Shown piece by piece: positions 33,901 to 45,489 of a DNA stretch of 64,000 bases. The notes under the pieces are model-generated. The model saw only the letters and a program-made list of their open reading frames with translations, ran no database searches and was not told the origin of the DNA. Made by a program: the position numbers and the translations under genes. How positions within the stretch are numbered: the first letter of the stretch is position 1; each line of letters opens with the position of its first letter. Source of the stretch: Macrostomum lignano (taxonomy: Eukaryota); contig NIVC01003962.1 of NCBI GenBank assembly GCA_002269645.1, positions 1 through 64,000 on the forward strand, in the 5' to 3' direction.

Positions 33901-36900
33901 GTAACATCCGTTATTTTATTATCTTGATTCTGGTTATGATTCTGTGTCTTGTGTTCTGGGGAGAATTACACGAAATTTTACTGCAGCTTTTGGTCAGTTG
34001 TAAACACAAATCTATGTAGTCTGTCTGCTTTGATCTCTTCCTCTCTCCCTTCTCTGTCCTTTTTCTCTTATCTCCATTCATTTCTCCCTTCACTCTATGC
34101 CCTTCATTTCTTCTCTTCGTCTCTTCCCTTCTTCTCTTCCCTTCTTCTCTTCCCTTCATCTGTTCCCTTCATCTCTTCCCTTCTCTTCCCTTCTTCTCTT
34201 CCCTTCTTCTCTTCCCTTCTTCTCTTCCATTCATCTGTTCCCTTCTTCTCTTCCCTTCTCTTCCCTTCTTCTCTTCCCTTCTTCTTTTTCCTTCATCTAT
34301 TTCTTTCATATTTTTCCTTCATCCCTTTCTTACTGCGCATATTTTGTTTGCCATTTATCATACTTTAATTCACCAGCATCGTGAAGTTGTAGTGAACCTA
34401 AATTTGTATACAGACTCCTTTATCTTCAATGCTTAATTTTGCTTTAATTCATTTCTTTATATCACCTACCAAAACGATAGCATGGTACTCGTATTACTCA
34501 ATGTCAATTACCATTGATAATGATTATTAACTTTATAATAACCGTTAGTTTGTATAATCGTATTAAATATAATCTGAAATTAAAACGATCACAGACCAGT
34601 CGTATTATGCCTATCCGTCGGTTAATAACCCGAGCCAATTAACTCACCTGCACCTGATGAGCCTGTTGCGAAATGGCTACAGCGGACCGCATCAATCTGC
34701 GGCAGCGAAATTTAATGATCACTTGGATTCAGGTGTTTTGCCGCTGCGATGTCAATTTTGAGTTTCATTAAGTAGAGAATTTGATTCATTATCCCCAGGT
34801 GTTACTTTTATTCATGATTACTGTTTTATGCAAAATTGTGAATTTTTTACAACTTCCAGTTGCGTCTCTCTCCACCCTCTCACTTCTGTCACTCTCCACC
34901 CCTCAGCTCTGTTCTGTCACTCTCCACCCTCTCACTTCTGTCACTCTCCACCCCTCAGCTCTGTTCTGTCACTCTCCACCCTCTCACTTCTGTCACTCTC
35001 CACCCCTCAGCTCTGTTCTGTCACTCTCCACCCTCTCACTTCTGTCACTCTCCACCCCTCAGCTCTGTTCTGTCACTCTCCACCCCCTCAGTTCTGTCAC
35101 TCTCCACCCCCTCAGCTCTGTTCTGTCACTCTCCACCCCCTCAGTTCTGTCACTCTCCACCCCCTCAGCTCTGTTCTGTCACTCTCCACCCCCTCAGTTC
35201 TGTCACTCTCCACCCCCTCAGTTCTGTCACTCTCCACCCCCTCAGCTCTGTTCTGTCACTCTCCACCCCCTCAGTTCTGCCACTCTCCACCCCCTCAGCT
35301 CTGTCACTCTCCACCCCCTCAGCTCTGTCACTCTCCACCCCCTCAGTTCTGTCACTCTCCACCCCCTCAGTTCTGTCACTCTCCACCCCCTCAGTTCTGT
35401 CACTCTCCACCCCCTCAGTTCTGTCACTCTCCCCCTCTCAGTTCTGTCACTCTCCACCCCCTCAATACTGTCACTCTCCATACTCTCACTTCCGTCACTC
35501 CCCATACTCTCACTTCCGTCACTCCCCATACTCTCATTTCCGTCACTCCCCATACTCTCACTTCCGTCACTCCCCATACTCTCACTTCCGTCACTCCCCA
35601 TACTCTCACTTCCGTCACTCCCCATACTCTCACTTCCGTCACTCCCCATACTCTCACTTCCGTCACTCCCCATACTCTCACTTCCGTCACTCCCCATACT
35701 CTCACTTCCGTCACTCCCCATACTCTCACTTCCGTCACTCCCCATACTCTCACTTCTTTCACTCTCTCCCTCATTCCGTCACGCTCTCCCTCATCCTATC
35801 ACTATCCCTCATTACGTCACTCTCCTTTATTCCGTCACTCTCCTTCATTCCGTCACTCTCTCCCAAATTTCCGTCACTCTCTCCCACACTCCGTCACTCT
35901 CTCCCTCATTCCGTCACTCTTTTCATGGTTTTAAAAATGATTTTAACAAAGGTAAGTAATGTTAAATTATTTTCAGCTTTCACTATAGCCAACTAATTAG
36001 ATTTTTACTCCCCGATACTCTTATTTGAAATCTATTGATTTGCATCCTTTAAATCATCATTGAGTAAAAACACAGTAAATGAATTTGAATATCTTGACTC
36101 TACTCTTGCCTACTAACTAAGTAGACAAATAAGCATCTGTAGCTAATATTGTATTTTATATTAACATTCTATTAGCTCGTATATTGATTATTGATTTGCG
36201 TTTTTTTAAATACTCCAACAGGTCACCCGTTCTATTCCGGCGGCAACGGCAACGTAGCCACAGGCGGGAGTATGGCTGACGCAGCTGAGAGCGAATATTC
36301 TCCGCATATTCTGCAGCTGTTCGACCTTCTAGTGACCTACGCTATTTATCACCCGTCTGTTGGCTACGCCCAGGGTTAGAAAAGAGTTTGTTACTCTGCT
36401 AGGGATTGAGTCTGTCACTCTGCTAGGGATTGAGTCTGTCACTCTGCTAGGGATTGAGTCTGTCACTCTTCTAGGGATTGAGTCTGTCACTCTCCTAGGG
36501 ATTGAGTCTGTCACTCTCCTAGGGATTGAGTCTTTCACTTCTAGGGATTGAGTCAGTCACTCCTCGAGTCTGTCACTCTTCTTGAGTCGGTCACTATTCT
36601 TGAATCTGTCACTCTTAGGGATTAATTAGGGAGTCTGTCACACTCTTTTTAGGCTTGAGTGAGTTCACCCCTGCTATGGTCAAATCTGTCACTCAATCTT
36701 CCTAATAAAACTTGTCACCCCGCTGGCCTCAGGCTAGATAAATCATTTCTACAGCTGTACAATCACACAATTACTCCTCGTTGACGTTCCCGCAGGCATG
36801 AGCGACTTGGCAAGCCCTCTACTAGTGGTGCAGAAAGACGAGGCCTACGCGTACATCTGTTTCTGCGCCCTGATGTGCCGAACCAAGGACAATTTCCGAC

Positions 36901-37619
36901 GCGAGTCAACAGCTATGCTGACCAAATTCCAGCACCTTCACGACCTCATCGTGCACATGGACGCGGAACTGGCGGCGTTCCTTCGCTGCCACGGCTTGGC
37001 CGATATGTTCTTCACGCATCGCTGGCTGCTGTTGGAAATGAAGCGCGAATTTCAATTCGATGACACTCTGAGAATGCTGGAGGTTCAATGGGCTGGGCTG
37101 CCGCACCTGTTCACCTTTCCCAAGAGTGCCGATGGTGTACCGCTGCAGGAGGATGCCTGCATCGGTGTGGCTTCTCCAGCCTCCGCCAGCACCAGCGCCG
37201 CGGCCGCCGTGTCTCCGCCGTCGCCGAAGGACACTCCCTACCTCCGACTGCAGTCCATGCTGAGACAGTCTCGCGAGGAAGCCTCCGCTGCCGCTTCTAG
37301 TGGCGCCTCGGCCACGGCCGCCGTGGTGCTGAAAGACGGCGTCGTTGAGCTGCCACCGCCCGAGGTTCTGGGCTGCGGCAACCCCTTCCTGCTGTTCATG
37401 TGCGCCAGCATGCTGCAGGAGCATCGTGACCGGGTGATGCGTTCCTGTCACGATATGTGCGAGATTGTCATGCACTTTAATCGGCTGATTCGGAGTCACA
37501 ATCTTGGCGCAATTCTTAATCGAGCCAGACAGATGTACACCGAGTACATGGAGGCCCAGGATGACAAGTTTTCTTTGGCTTTAACTAGCGGAGCGCAGTT
37601 GGCTGGGTCATCTAATTGA
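27905..37619 (+). CDS. TBC1D25: TBC1 domain family member 25 (Rab-GAP, OATL1), 7 core exons, 667 aa (697-700 aa with cassette exons)
   Basis: Core exons 27905-27955, 28997-29106, 31371-31519, 32689-33206, 33681-33879, 36222-36374, 36796-37619, all GT-AG and frame-consistent. Motifs REVVHVKVK, FSIDPGITTFEVLQ..LARAFD, VYLSMLSDWDL, the LIR-like DWDII, R-finger ISKDVIRTDR, Q-finger YAQGMSDLASP and RWLLLEMKREF. Confidence 0.94.
28731..28904. mobile_element. 174-bp degenerate MITE with 9-bp TSD (TBC1D25 intron 1)
   Basis: Direct repeat ggtttcaat at 28722-28730 and 28905-28913. Degenerate TIRs gcttagccaagat / atcctggctttgc resemble the GCGTAGCCAGG type. Confidence 0.6.
29150..31300. repeat. 35-bp (and 27-bp short form) minisatellite gtgggatttgaatcccatctgtcagagttggggat, TBC1D25 intron 2
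   Basis: About 60 copies; each unit contains the inverted repeat gggatt-tg-aatccc. Confidence 0.97.
31652..31660 (+). CDS. Candidate 9-nt microexon of TBC1D25 (phase 1 to phase 1)
   Basis: cctttatttttatttACTAATtgcacAG|caactcatg|GTAAGT: U-rich tract, branch-point-like CTAAT, CAG acceptor and perfect donor, frame-preserving between phase-1 junctions. Confidence 0.5.
31892..31981 (+). CDS. Candidate 90-nt symmetric cassette exon of TBC1D25 (GLDSGVFTFHQSYNQSFEDGLNHEDESKMA)
   Basis: aatttcAG acceptor and GTAAAT donor; 30 open codons in phase 1, matching the flanking exons; GC-richer than the surrounding intron. Confidence 0.5.
32395..32660. repeat. ~33-bp degenerate minisatellite (tatcgaaagggatactttaaagtagccgatatg), TBC1D25 intron 3
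   Basis: About 8 copies. Confidence 0.85.
33335..33600. repeat. Degenerate ~22-24-bp repeat with a ttttggc(g/a)cca core, TBC1D25 intron 4
   Basis: Recurrent ttttggcgcca / ttttggcacca / tttggtgcca followed by atttaaatt. Confidence 0.7.
34030..34330. repeat. CT-rich polypyrimidine repeat (cttctcttccctt), TBC1D25 intron 5
   Basis: Directly visible. Confidence 0.9.
34865..35920. repeat. Two adjoining 23-29-bp minisatellites (ttctgtcactctccacccctcag, then tactctcacttccgtcactcccca), TBC1D25 intron 5
   Basis: The unit switches at about 35465; both share a gtcactc core. Confidence 0.95.
36385..36720. repeat. 24-bp minisatellite ctagggattgagtctgtcactctg, TBC1D25 intron 6
   Basis: About 7 good copies starting ~10 nt after the donor, then decaying. 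Confidence 0.92.
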
Positions 37620-37764
37620 TGCTTGACACTATTTTCTTTTAAGTCTATCACTTTGTCTGAGAGAAATGGTCGATTTTTCAAGTTCCAAAATAATAATGAT
37701 TTTCTTTTGTTTGTTCAGAAGTTTCAGTTGTGATATGAGTTTTTGTTTGTATGCATTGCTGATA

Positions 37765-38620
37765 ATAACCTAATAAAATAGTCTTATCTGTCTTATCTAG
37801 CGTACGCTGTCTAAAAATAGCAACACTGTTTTCATTCTCTAGTCAGCGTACGCTGTGTCTAAAAATAGCAAGTGTTTTCATTTTTTAGTCAGCGTACCCG
37901 TGTCTAAAAAAGGTTATCAAAGATTTTGCTGATAATAACCTAACAAAATAGTCTTATCTGTCTTATCTAGCGTACGCTGTCTAAAAATAGCAACACTGTT
38001 TTCATTCTCTAGTCAGCGTACGCTGTCTAAAAATAGCAAGTGTTTTCATTTTTTAGTCAGCGTACCCGTGTCTAAAAATAACATCAGTGTCATTATCTCA
38101 CCAGCGTACGCTGTGTCTAAAAATAGCAACAGTGTTTTGATTATTTAATCAGCATGATACGCTGTGTCTAAAAATAGCAACAGTGTCATTATCTCACCAG
38201 CGTACGAGCGTATGCTGTGTCTAAAAATAGCAACAGTGTTTTCGGTCTCTAGTTAGCATACGCTGTGTCTAAAAATAGCAACAGTGTTGTCATTCTCTAG
38301 TCAGCGTACGCTGTCTAAAAATAGCAAGTGTTTTCATTTTTTAGTCAGCGTACCCGTGTCTAAAAATAACATCAGTGTCATTACCTCACCAGCGTACGCT
38401 GTGTCTAAAAATAGCAACAGTGTTTTGATTATTTAATCAGCATGATACGCTGTGTCTAAAAATAGCAACAGTGTCATTATCTCACCAGCGTACGAGCGTA
38501 TGCTGTGTCTAAAAATAGCAACAGTGTCATTATCTCACCAGCGTACGAGCGTATGCTGTGTCTAAAAATAGCAACAGTGTTTTCGGTCTCTAGACAACAG
38601 CGTACGCTATACGTATAAAA
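37765..38620. repeat. Composite ~45-50-bp repeat (cagcgtacgctgtgtctaaaaatagcaacagtg) with larger block duplications, 3' of TBC1D25
   Basis: About 17 copies of the core; the block near 37770 is repeated near 37930. Confidence 0.9.
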
Positions 38621-39414
38621 ATAGTGGCAGCGTTATTAACTGACGCTGTTAAGAACTGCTAACTGAGCTTCTAAATTGTGATTTAGCTTGTAAATAGAAA
38701 TGACTGATTTATCAGTTGGAAAAGGGTCACTGAAGTAAATATGAAAAATTTATTTTTTTGAATTCAATAATAAATCATTTGTTCTTTTGATTCATGATTT
38801 CTTTAGAATGGAGTGAATTTTTTTGTCTTAAATAGGTTTTCAACTTGAGACTTTTTTGATCATCAGGTTATTATATCTGCTTATCTCGCTCTTTATTGAT
38901 TATTAATATTTAACCTTTAGTTATTATTATTATTCAATTGGGTGATGGCCAGCATTTACATTGAGTCGCAATATTATAATTATATTTAACTGACTATTAC
39001 AATTATATTGTCGACTTCTTGTCATGCCCTTGCTTATCAGAGCAAATTCAAATGTTTGGTAATTATTTACGTATTGATTGTGATTAATTGCATCAATGTA
39101 GCAGGTTATCAAAGATTTTGAAACACTGCGCAAACTTTCCTAACTGGCTGATTTGCTATTTTGACATAAATAAAAGTGACTTATAATCACTTCATTCACA
39201 TTCTTTCCCGTGTTATTACTTATTGCTACTTATATTAATATTATCCTGCATTGCTACTGTATGCCTTGGTTCCTGTCCATTCCAATTGACAGTTTTTTGT
39301 TCAGACAAAATATACCGATATGCCATGCTGCATTCTGCATTAGAAGTCCTGGAAATGTCCGTTTATCGAACAATATGCTGCCTGCTGCTTTCTGCTCTGC
39401 TTTTTATGGTCCAT

Positions 39415-41035
39415 GATGCTCCCAGAGTGTCAGTTGCTGGGCCAGCCTCCCAGAGTGTCAGTTGCTGGGCCAGCCTCCCATATCCTCAGTTGCTGGGCCA
39501 GCCTCCCAGAGTGTCAGTTGCTGGGCCAGCCTCCCAGATCCTCAGTTGCTGGGCTAGCCTCCCAGAGTGTCAGTTGCTGGGCCAGCCTCCCAGATCCTCA
39601 GTTGCTGGGCTAGCCTCCCAGATCCCCAGTTGCTGGGCCAGCCTCCCAGATCCTCAGTTGCTGGACCAGCCTCCCAGAGTGTCAGTTGCTGGGCCAGCCT
39701 CCCAGATCCTCAGTTGCTGGACCAGCCTCCCAGAGTGTCAGTTGCTGGGCCAGCCTCCCAGATCCTCAGTTGCTGGGCCAGCCTCCCAGAGTGTCAGTTG
39801 CTGGGCCAGCCTCCCAGATCCTCAGTTGCTGGGCCAGCCTCCCAGAGTGTAAGTTCCTGGGCCAGCCTCCCAGATCCTCAGTTGCTGGGCCAGCCTCCCA
39901 GAGTGTCAGTTGCTGGGCCAGCCTCCCAGATCCTCAGTTGCTGGGCCAGCCTCCCAGAGTGTAAGTTCCTGGGCCAGCCTCCCAGATCCTCAGTTGCTGG
40001 GCCAGCCTCCCAGAGTGTCAGTTGCTGGGCCAGCCTCCCAGATCCTCAGTTGCTGGGCCAGCCTCCCAGAGTGTCAGTTGCTGGGCCAGCCTCCCAGATC
40101 CTCAGTTGCTGGGCCAGCCTCCCAGAGTGTCAGTTGCTGGGCCAGCCTCCCAGATCCTCAGTTGCTGGGCCAGCCTCCCAGAGTGTAAGTTCCTGGGCCA
40201 GCCTCCCAGATCCTCAGTTGCTGGGCCAGCCTCCCAGAGTGTCAGTTGCTGGGCCAGCCTCCCAGATCCTCAGTTGCTGGGCCAGCCTCCCAGAGTGTCA
40301 GTTGCTGGGCCAGCCTCCCAGATCCTCAGTTGCTGGGCCAGCCTCCCAGAGTGTCAGTTCCTGGGCCAGCCTCCCAGATCCTCAGTTGCTGGGCCAGCCT
40401 CCCAGAGTGTCAGTTGCTGGGCCAGCCTCCCAGAGTGTCAGTTGCTGGGCCAGCCTCCCAGATCCCCAGTTGCTGGGCCAGCTTCCCAGATCCTCAGTTG
40501 CTGGGCCAGCCTCCCAGAGTGTCAGTTGCTGGGCCAGCCTCCCAGATCCTCAGTTGCTGGGCCAGCCTCCCAGATCCTCAGTTGCTGGGCCAGCCTCCCA
40601 GATCCTCAGTTGCTGGGCCAGCCTCCCAGAGTGTCAGTTGCTGGGCCAGCCTCCCAGATCCCCAGTTGCTGGGCCAGCCTCCCAGATCCTCAGTTGCTGG
40701 GCCAGCCTCCCAGATCCTCAGTTGCTGGGCCAGCCTCCCAGAGTGTCAGTTCCTGGGCCAGCCTCCCAGATCCTCAGTTGCTGGGCCAGCCTCCCAGATC
40801 CTCAGTTGCTGGGCCAGCCTCCCAGAGTGTCAGTTGCTGGGCCAGCCTTCCAGATCCCCAGTTGCTGGGCCAGCTTCCCAGATCCTCAGTTGGTTGCTGG
40901 GCCAGCTTCCCAGATCCTCAGTTGGTTGCTAGGCCAGCTTCCCAGATCCTCAGTTGGTTGCTAGGCCAGCTTCCCAGATCCTCAGTTGGTTGCTGGGCCA
41001 GCTAGCTTCCTAGATCCTCAATTGCTGGGCCAGCC
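39415..41035. repeat. 28-bp minisatellite gttgctgggccagcctcccaga(gtgt/tcct)ca, about 57 copies
   Basis: Two variants that mostly alternate (56-bp dimer). Confidence 0.97.
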
Positions 41036-41354
41036 TTATGTGATTCTGCCTTTTTACCAGATATTTTAAATTTTATGTTTTGGCATCTAAAATAACCACT
41101 TTTTGCCATAGAAGTTGTCAGAATTCAACTTTATTGTGAACTAAAATAACAATAAATTTAGCACTAATAAAAAATAATTTTCTGTTGCAAAAGCTCAGTT
41201 AGTGAGACACTAAAGACATACAAAGTATATTAAACAACCTGTAAGCCATTCAACAGACTCCGTCATCCAATTCTGGCTAGTACATTATTTCAACATCGAA
41301 CAAATTAATTTGTGTCTGTAAATAACCGAACGCAGACGAGAGATTTTAAGAAGC

Positions 41355-44300
41355 ATGTCAAAGTTTAACGTTGACAAGATAACCGTTAGTCAGACCCAGT
41401 GCTTTTTTGATAACAAAACTGGTACGAAAGTGTATGAGAAGCCGAGTCTGATGCAGTATGAGAGTCAGCACTTCAAGTGCAAAGCGATTATTGAGTTGGA
41501 GGAGTGCGTTGCCGACCGGAACTGGACAATCGGACTCATTCAGGTAAGTTTCGAATTTTGTGATAATAAGTTACAGGTAATTGCGTGTCTGATTATTACC
41601 GTGTCTAACAGGTTTGATGGTGATGATTCCCGTGTCTAACAGGTTTGATGGTGATGATTCCCGTGTCTAACAGGTTTGATGGTGATGATTTCCGTGTCTG
41701 ACAGGTTCGATGATTCCCGCGTCTAACAGGTTTGATGGTGATTCCCGCGTCTAACAGGTTTGATGATGATTCCCGCGTCTAACAGGTTTGATGATGATTA
41801 TTAACGTGTCTAACAGGTTTGATGGTGATGAATCCCGTGTCTAACAGGTTTGATGGTGATTCCCGCGTCTAACAGGTTTGATGATGATTATTAACGTGTC
41901 TAACAGGTTTGATGGTGATGATTTCCGTGTCTAACAGGTTTGATGGTGATGATTCCCGTGTCTGACAGGTTCGATGATTCCCGCGTCTAACAGGTTTGAT
42001 GGTGATTCCCGCGTCTAACAGGTTTGATGATGATTATTAACGTGTCTAACAGGTTTGATGGTGATGATTCCCGTGTCTAACAGGTTTGATGGTGATGATT
42101 CCCGTGTCTGACAGGTTCGATGATTCCCGCGTCTAACAGGTTTGATGGTGATTCCCGCGTCTAACAGGTTTGATGATGATTATTAACGTGTCTAACAGGT
42201 TTGATGGTGATGATTCCCGTGTCTAACAGGTTTGATGGTGATGATTTCCGTGTCTGACAGGTTCGATGATTCCCGCGTCTAACAGGTTTGATGGTGATTC
42301 CCGCGTCTAACAGGTTTGATGATGATTATTAACGTGTCTAACAGGTTTGATGGTGATGATTCCCGTGTCTAACAGGTTTGATGGTGATGATTCCCGTGTC
42401 TGACAGGTTCGATGATTCCCGCGTCTAACAGGTTTGATGGTGATTCCCGCGTCTAACAGGTTTGATGATGATTATTAACGTGTCTAACAGGTTTGATGGT
42501 GATGATTCCCGTGTCTGACAGGTTCGATGATTCCCGCGTCTAACAGGTTTGATGGTGATTCCCGCGTCTAACAGGTTTGATGATGATTATTAACGTGTCT
42601 AACAGGTTTGATGGTGATGATTCCCGTGTCTAACAGGTTTGATGGTGATGATTTCCGTGTCTGACAGGTTCGATGATTCCCGTGTCTAACAGGTTTGATG
42701 GTGATGATTTCCGTGTCTGACAGGTTCGATGATTCCCGCGTCTAACAGGTTTGATGGTGATGATTCCCGTGTCTAACAGGCTTGATGATGATTATTACCG
42801 TATCTAACAGGTTTGATGGTGATGATTCCCGCGTCTAACAGGTTTGATGGTGATGATTCCCGTGTCTAACAGGTTTGATGATTCGCATCTGGACTGAAGG
42901 CTGCGTACGGCTGTTCAGTCCAAGGACTGGGGGGTCGCCACACACCCTCAATTACCCCAGCTATGCTGGCACCCATTTTACAGCTGGGTGAACTGAAGCA
43001 ATGCAGAGTTAAGTGTCCTGCCCAAAGACACAGATTGTTGTTCCTAGTGGGTTAAGAATCGAACCCCAGACCTTTCAGTCGTGAGTCCGGTCCGATGCTC
43101 TGACCACTAGGCTAAAACCGCCGTGTCTAACTCCCCGTGTTATGTTCCATTATTACTCAAGTAATTTGGGAGAAGTAGACTGAAGATTTTTCCTTCTATA
43201 TTTATCCAGTTTTGTACTTTTACACTCTATCAGTGACAGAAGCTTCAGTGTGTCTAACCGATTGATAAATTCTAACACCTACAACCCGCCCGCAGGCCTG
43301 CGACAGCATGTACCTGGAGAACCGCTACGGCCGGCACGGCAGCTCATTCTGGGAGTTTCATCCCATCAAGTCCGGCCGGCACCGGATGGTTAACGACAGC
43401 GACGGCCGGCAGTATCCTTTCTACAGCGTCACCTCCAGCAAGTGCGAGGTCACCCGGGGAGCCGTGCACAATTGCGTAGTGAAGCTGCAGTACGCCGATC
43501 ACTTCTATCCCACCGTGGTCTGGGAGCTGCCCTACTGCGGCGGGGCCAAGCTTACTGAGGTTATTCGCAGACAGGACTTCTGGATCTGGCTGGTGAGATC
43601 CTGGATGCCGGCGCATTACATCTCTCACCTCATATCTCACCCCATATCTCACCCTATATCTCACCCCATCTCTCACCCACTCTCTCACGCCATCTCTCAC
43701 CCCATCTCTCACCCCATCTCTCACCTGATGTCTCAATGCATCTCTCACCGATCTCTCACCCCATCTCTCATTTCATATCTCACCTGATCTCCCACTCATA
43801 TTTCACCCCATGTCTCATCCACTCTCTCACCCACTCTCTCACGCCATCTCTCACCCCATCTCTCACCCACTCTCTCAGGCCATCTTTCACCCCATCTCTC
43901 ACCTGATGTCTCAACGCATCTCTCACCGATCTCTCACCCCATCTCTCATTTCATATCTCACCTGATCTCCCACTCATATTTCACCCCATGTCTCATCCAC
44001 TCTCTCACCCACTCTCTCACGCCATCTCTCACCCCATCTCTCACCCACTCTCTCACTCCATCTCTCATTTCATATCTCACCTCATCTCTCACCCACTCTC
44101 TCACGCCATCTCTCACCCCCTCTCATCCCATTTCAGACTCCATCTTTCACCTCATCTCTCACCCCATATCTCATCCAGTCTCTCATTCCATCTCTCATCC
44201 CATCTTTCATCCCAACTCTCATCTCATCTCTCATTCCATCTCTCATCCCAACTCTCATCCCATCTCTCATTTCATATCTCATCTTGTCTCCCACCCCATT

Positions 44301-45084
44301 TCTCACCCCATCTCCCATTCAAAAATCTTATCGGATATCTCATTAATAGCTCCCGATCAAACATCCCATAGCACATCCCATCCCACAGGTAGCCGTGAGG
44401 CGCGCCGGCCACTACAACCGAGGCAACGACGTGTTCCACGTTGGCAAAGACGAGTTGTACATCCTGCGCAGCATGCGCTGGCACTACTGCCTGCACATGC
44501 GGTTCGACCCAGATGAACGCGTTGGCAACCGCCTGCGCTCGGTGGCTGACCGTCAAGTCGAAGAGCCGAGCATCCTGCTGCACTCTGACGAGCCGGTGCC
44601 CCTGTCGGCTGTGCACCCGCCTCACTGCAACGCGGCCCAGTCGCTAATCTGGTATCCCAGAGTGCGCACCGGACATCACAAACCCGAACTGCTGGTGCCG
44701 CCTCGGCAGGCCATCGTGCCCTGGGACCGCTGGTCCGCAGAGATGCTGCCCGGACTGTCGCCTCGGCCGCAGCGGCCCCGAGAGCTGCGCGTCTGTCCGC
44801 TGTGGTCCAAGGACTCCGACATCGGCGTGGCGCCCGCAAAGGTTCAACAGCCGCTGCCATCATCGGAGACATCGCCAGCCGCTCTGGCGGAGAACCCCAT
44901 GGCCGAACGTCTGCTTCGAGCTCACAAGAAGCGATGGCAATTCTTGAAAGGCGACGGTTTCGCTGGCAACAGTCGGGCAAAGAGTAAATTGTTGCTCAAC
45001 TCCACAGATTCTTCCGGGTTGGCCATGTCCATCAAGCAGGCGGCTGCTGCTGCGGCGGCTGCTGCCGCTGCTTCCGTTGTCTGA
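41355..45084 (+). CDS. FAM78: FAM78 family protein, 3 exons, 393 aa
   Basis: Exons 41355-41543, 43296-43592, 44389-45084, phase 0. Segments WTIGLIQACDSM..NRYG..GSSFWE, VNDSDGRQYPFY, DHFYPTVVWELP, KLTEVIRRQDFWIWLV, ILRSMRW and CNAAQSLIWYP align by eye with vertebrate FAM78A/B. Confidence 0.88.
41595..42884. repeat. 25-31-bp minisatellite gtgtctaacaggtttgatggtgatgattccc with a 146-bp higher-order repeat, FAM78 intron 1
   Basis: More than 40 units; marker attattaac at 41887, 42033, 42179, 42325 and 42471. Confidence 0.96.
42885..43122 (-). mobile_element. tRNA-derived SINE, full-length copy (FAM78 intron 1)
   Basis: On the minus strand: A box tagcctagtggt, B box ggttcgattc, then the core tgtgtctttgggcaggacacttaactctgcattgcttcagttcacccagctgtaaaatgggtgccagc. 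Two more copies occur in the window. Confidence 0.85.
43618..44320. repeat. Degenerate atctctcacccc repeat, FAM78 intron 2
   Basis: ~12-bp units, with an internal block of about 190 bp duplicated. Confidence 0.9.
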
Positions 45085-45489
45085 CGATGCTTCTGGGCCC
45101 AGGATGGACAGACGATTTTTGGTGCATCATTTTTTTTCTCAAGCCGAAGCAAAAAATAAGTTTCAATTGTTTGCTTCGTTCAATTTTTTTTGCTGCATTT
45201 TTTCTTGAATAAGTAATGGAAAACTGCTTTAAATGCTTGTTTTGCTGCGTCAGCTTTCACCGAAAGATATATATGTAATCATATTTTCCCGTTTAAATAT
45301 TGACCATCAGCAAGTCAAACAGATTTGACCCTCTACTTGGGTTTGGGCCAAAATGTTCCGGTCTGATCTACAACTGATGGACTGGCGTGTTGCTTTCTCT
45401 GCGATTTTGTCTCCTATTGTTTCTCTCCTTCCAGAGCAGTTCTTCAACTTTCATCCGCCTGCTCCTGCCCTCTGTCTGCCCGCTCTCCG

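Noticed and set aside
34781-35996. 368-392-aa ORFs in all three forward frames
   Set aside because: They are intronic 24-bp-type repeats within TBC1D25 intron 5.
36906-37499. GC-rich antisense ORFs opposite real exons (also 3521-4549 and 44357-44980)
   Set aside because: They are shadow ORFs caused by high GC3 codon usage of the true coding strand.
39223-41005. 209-465-aa ORFs (SVAGPASQ repeats)
   Set aside because: They come from a 28-bp array with periodic frameshifts; there are no splice signals or unique domain.
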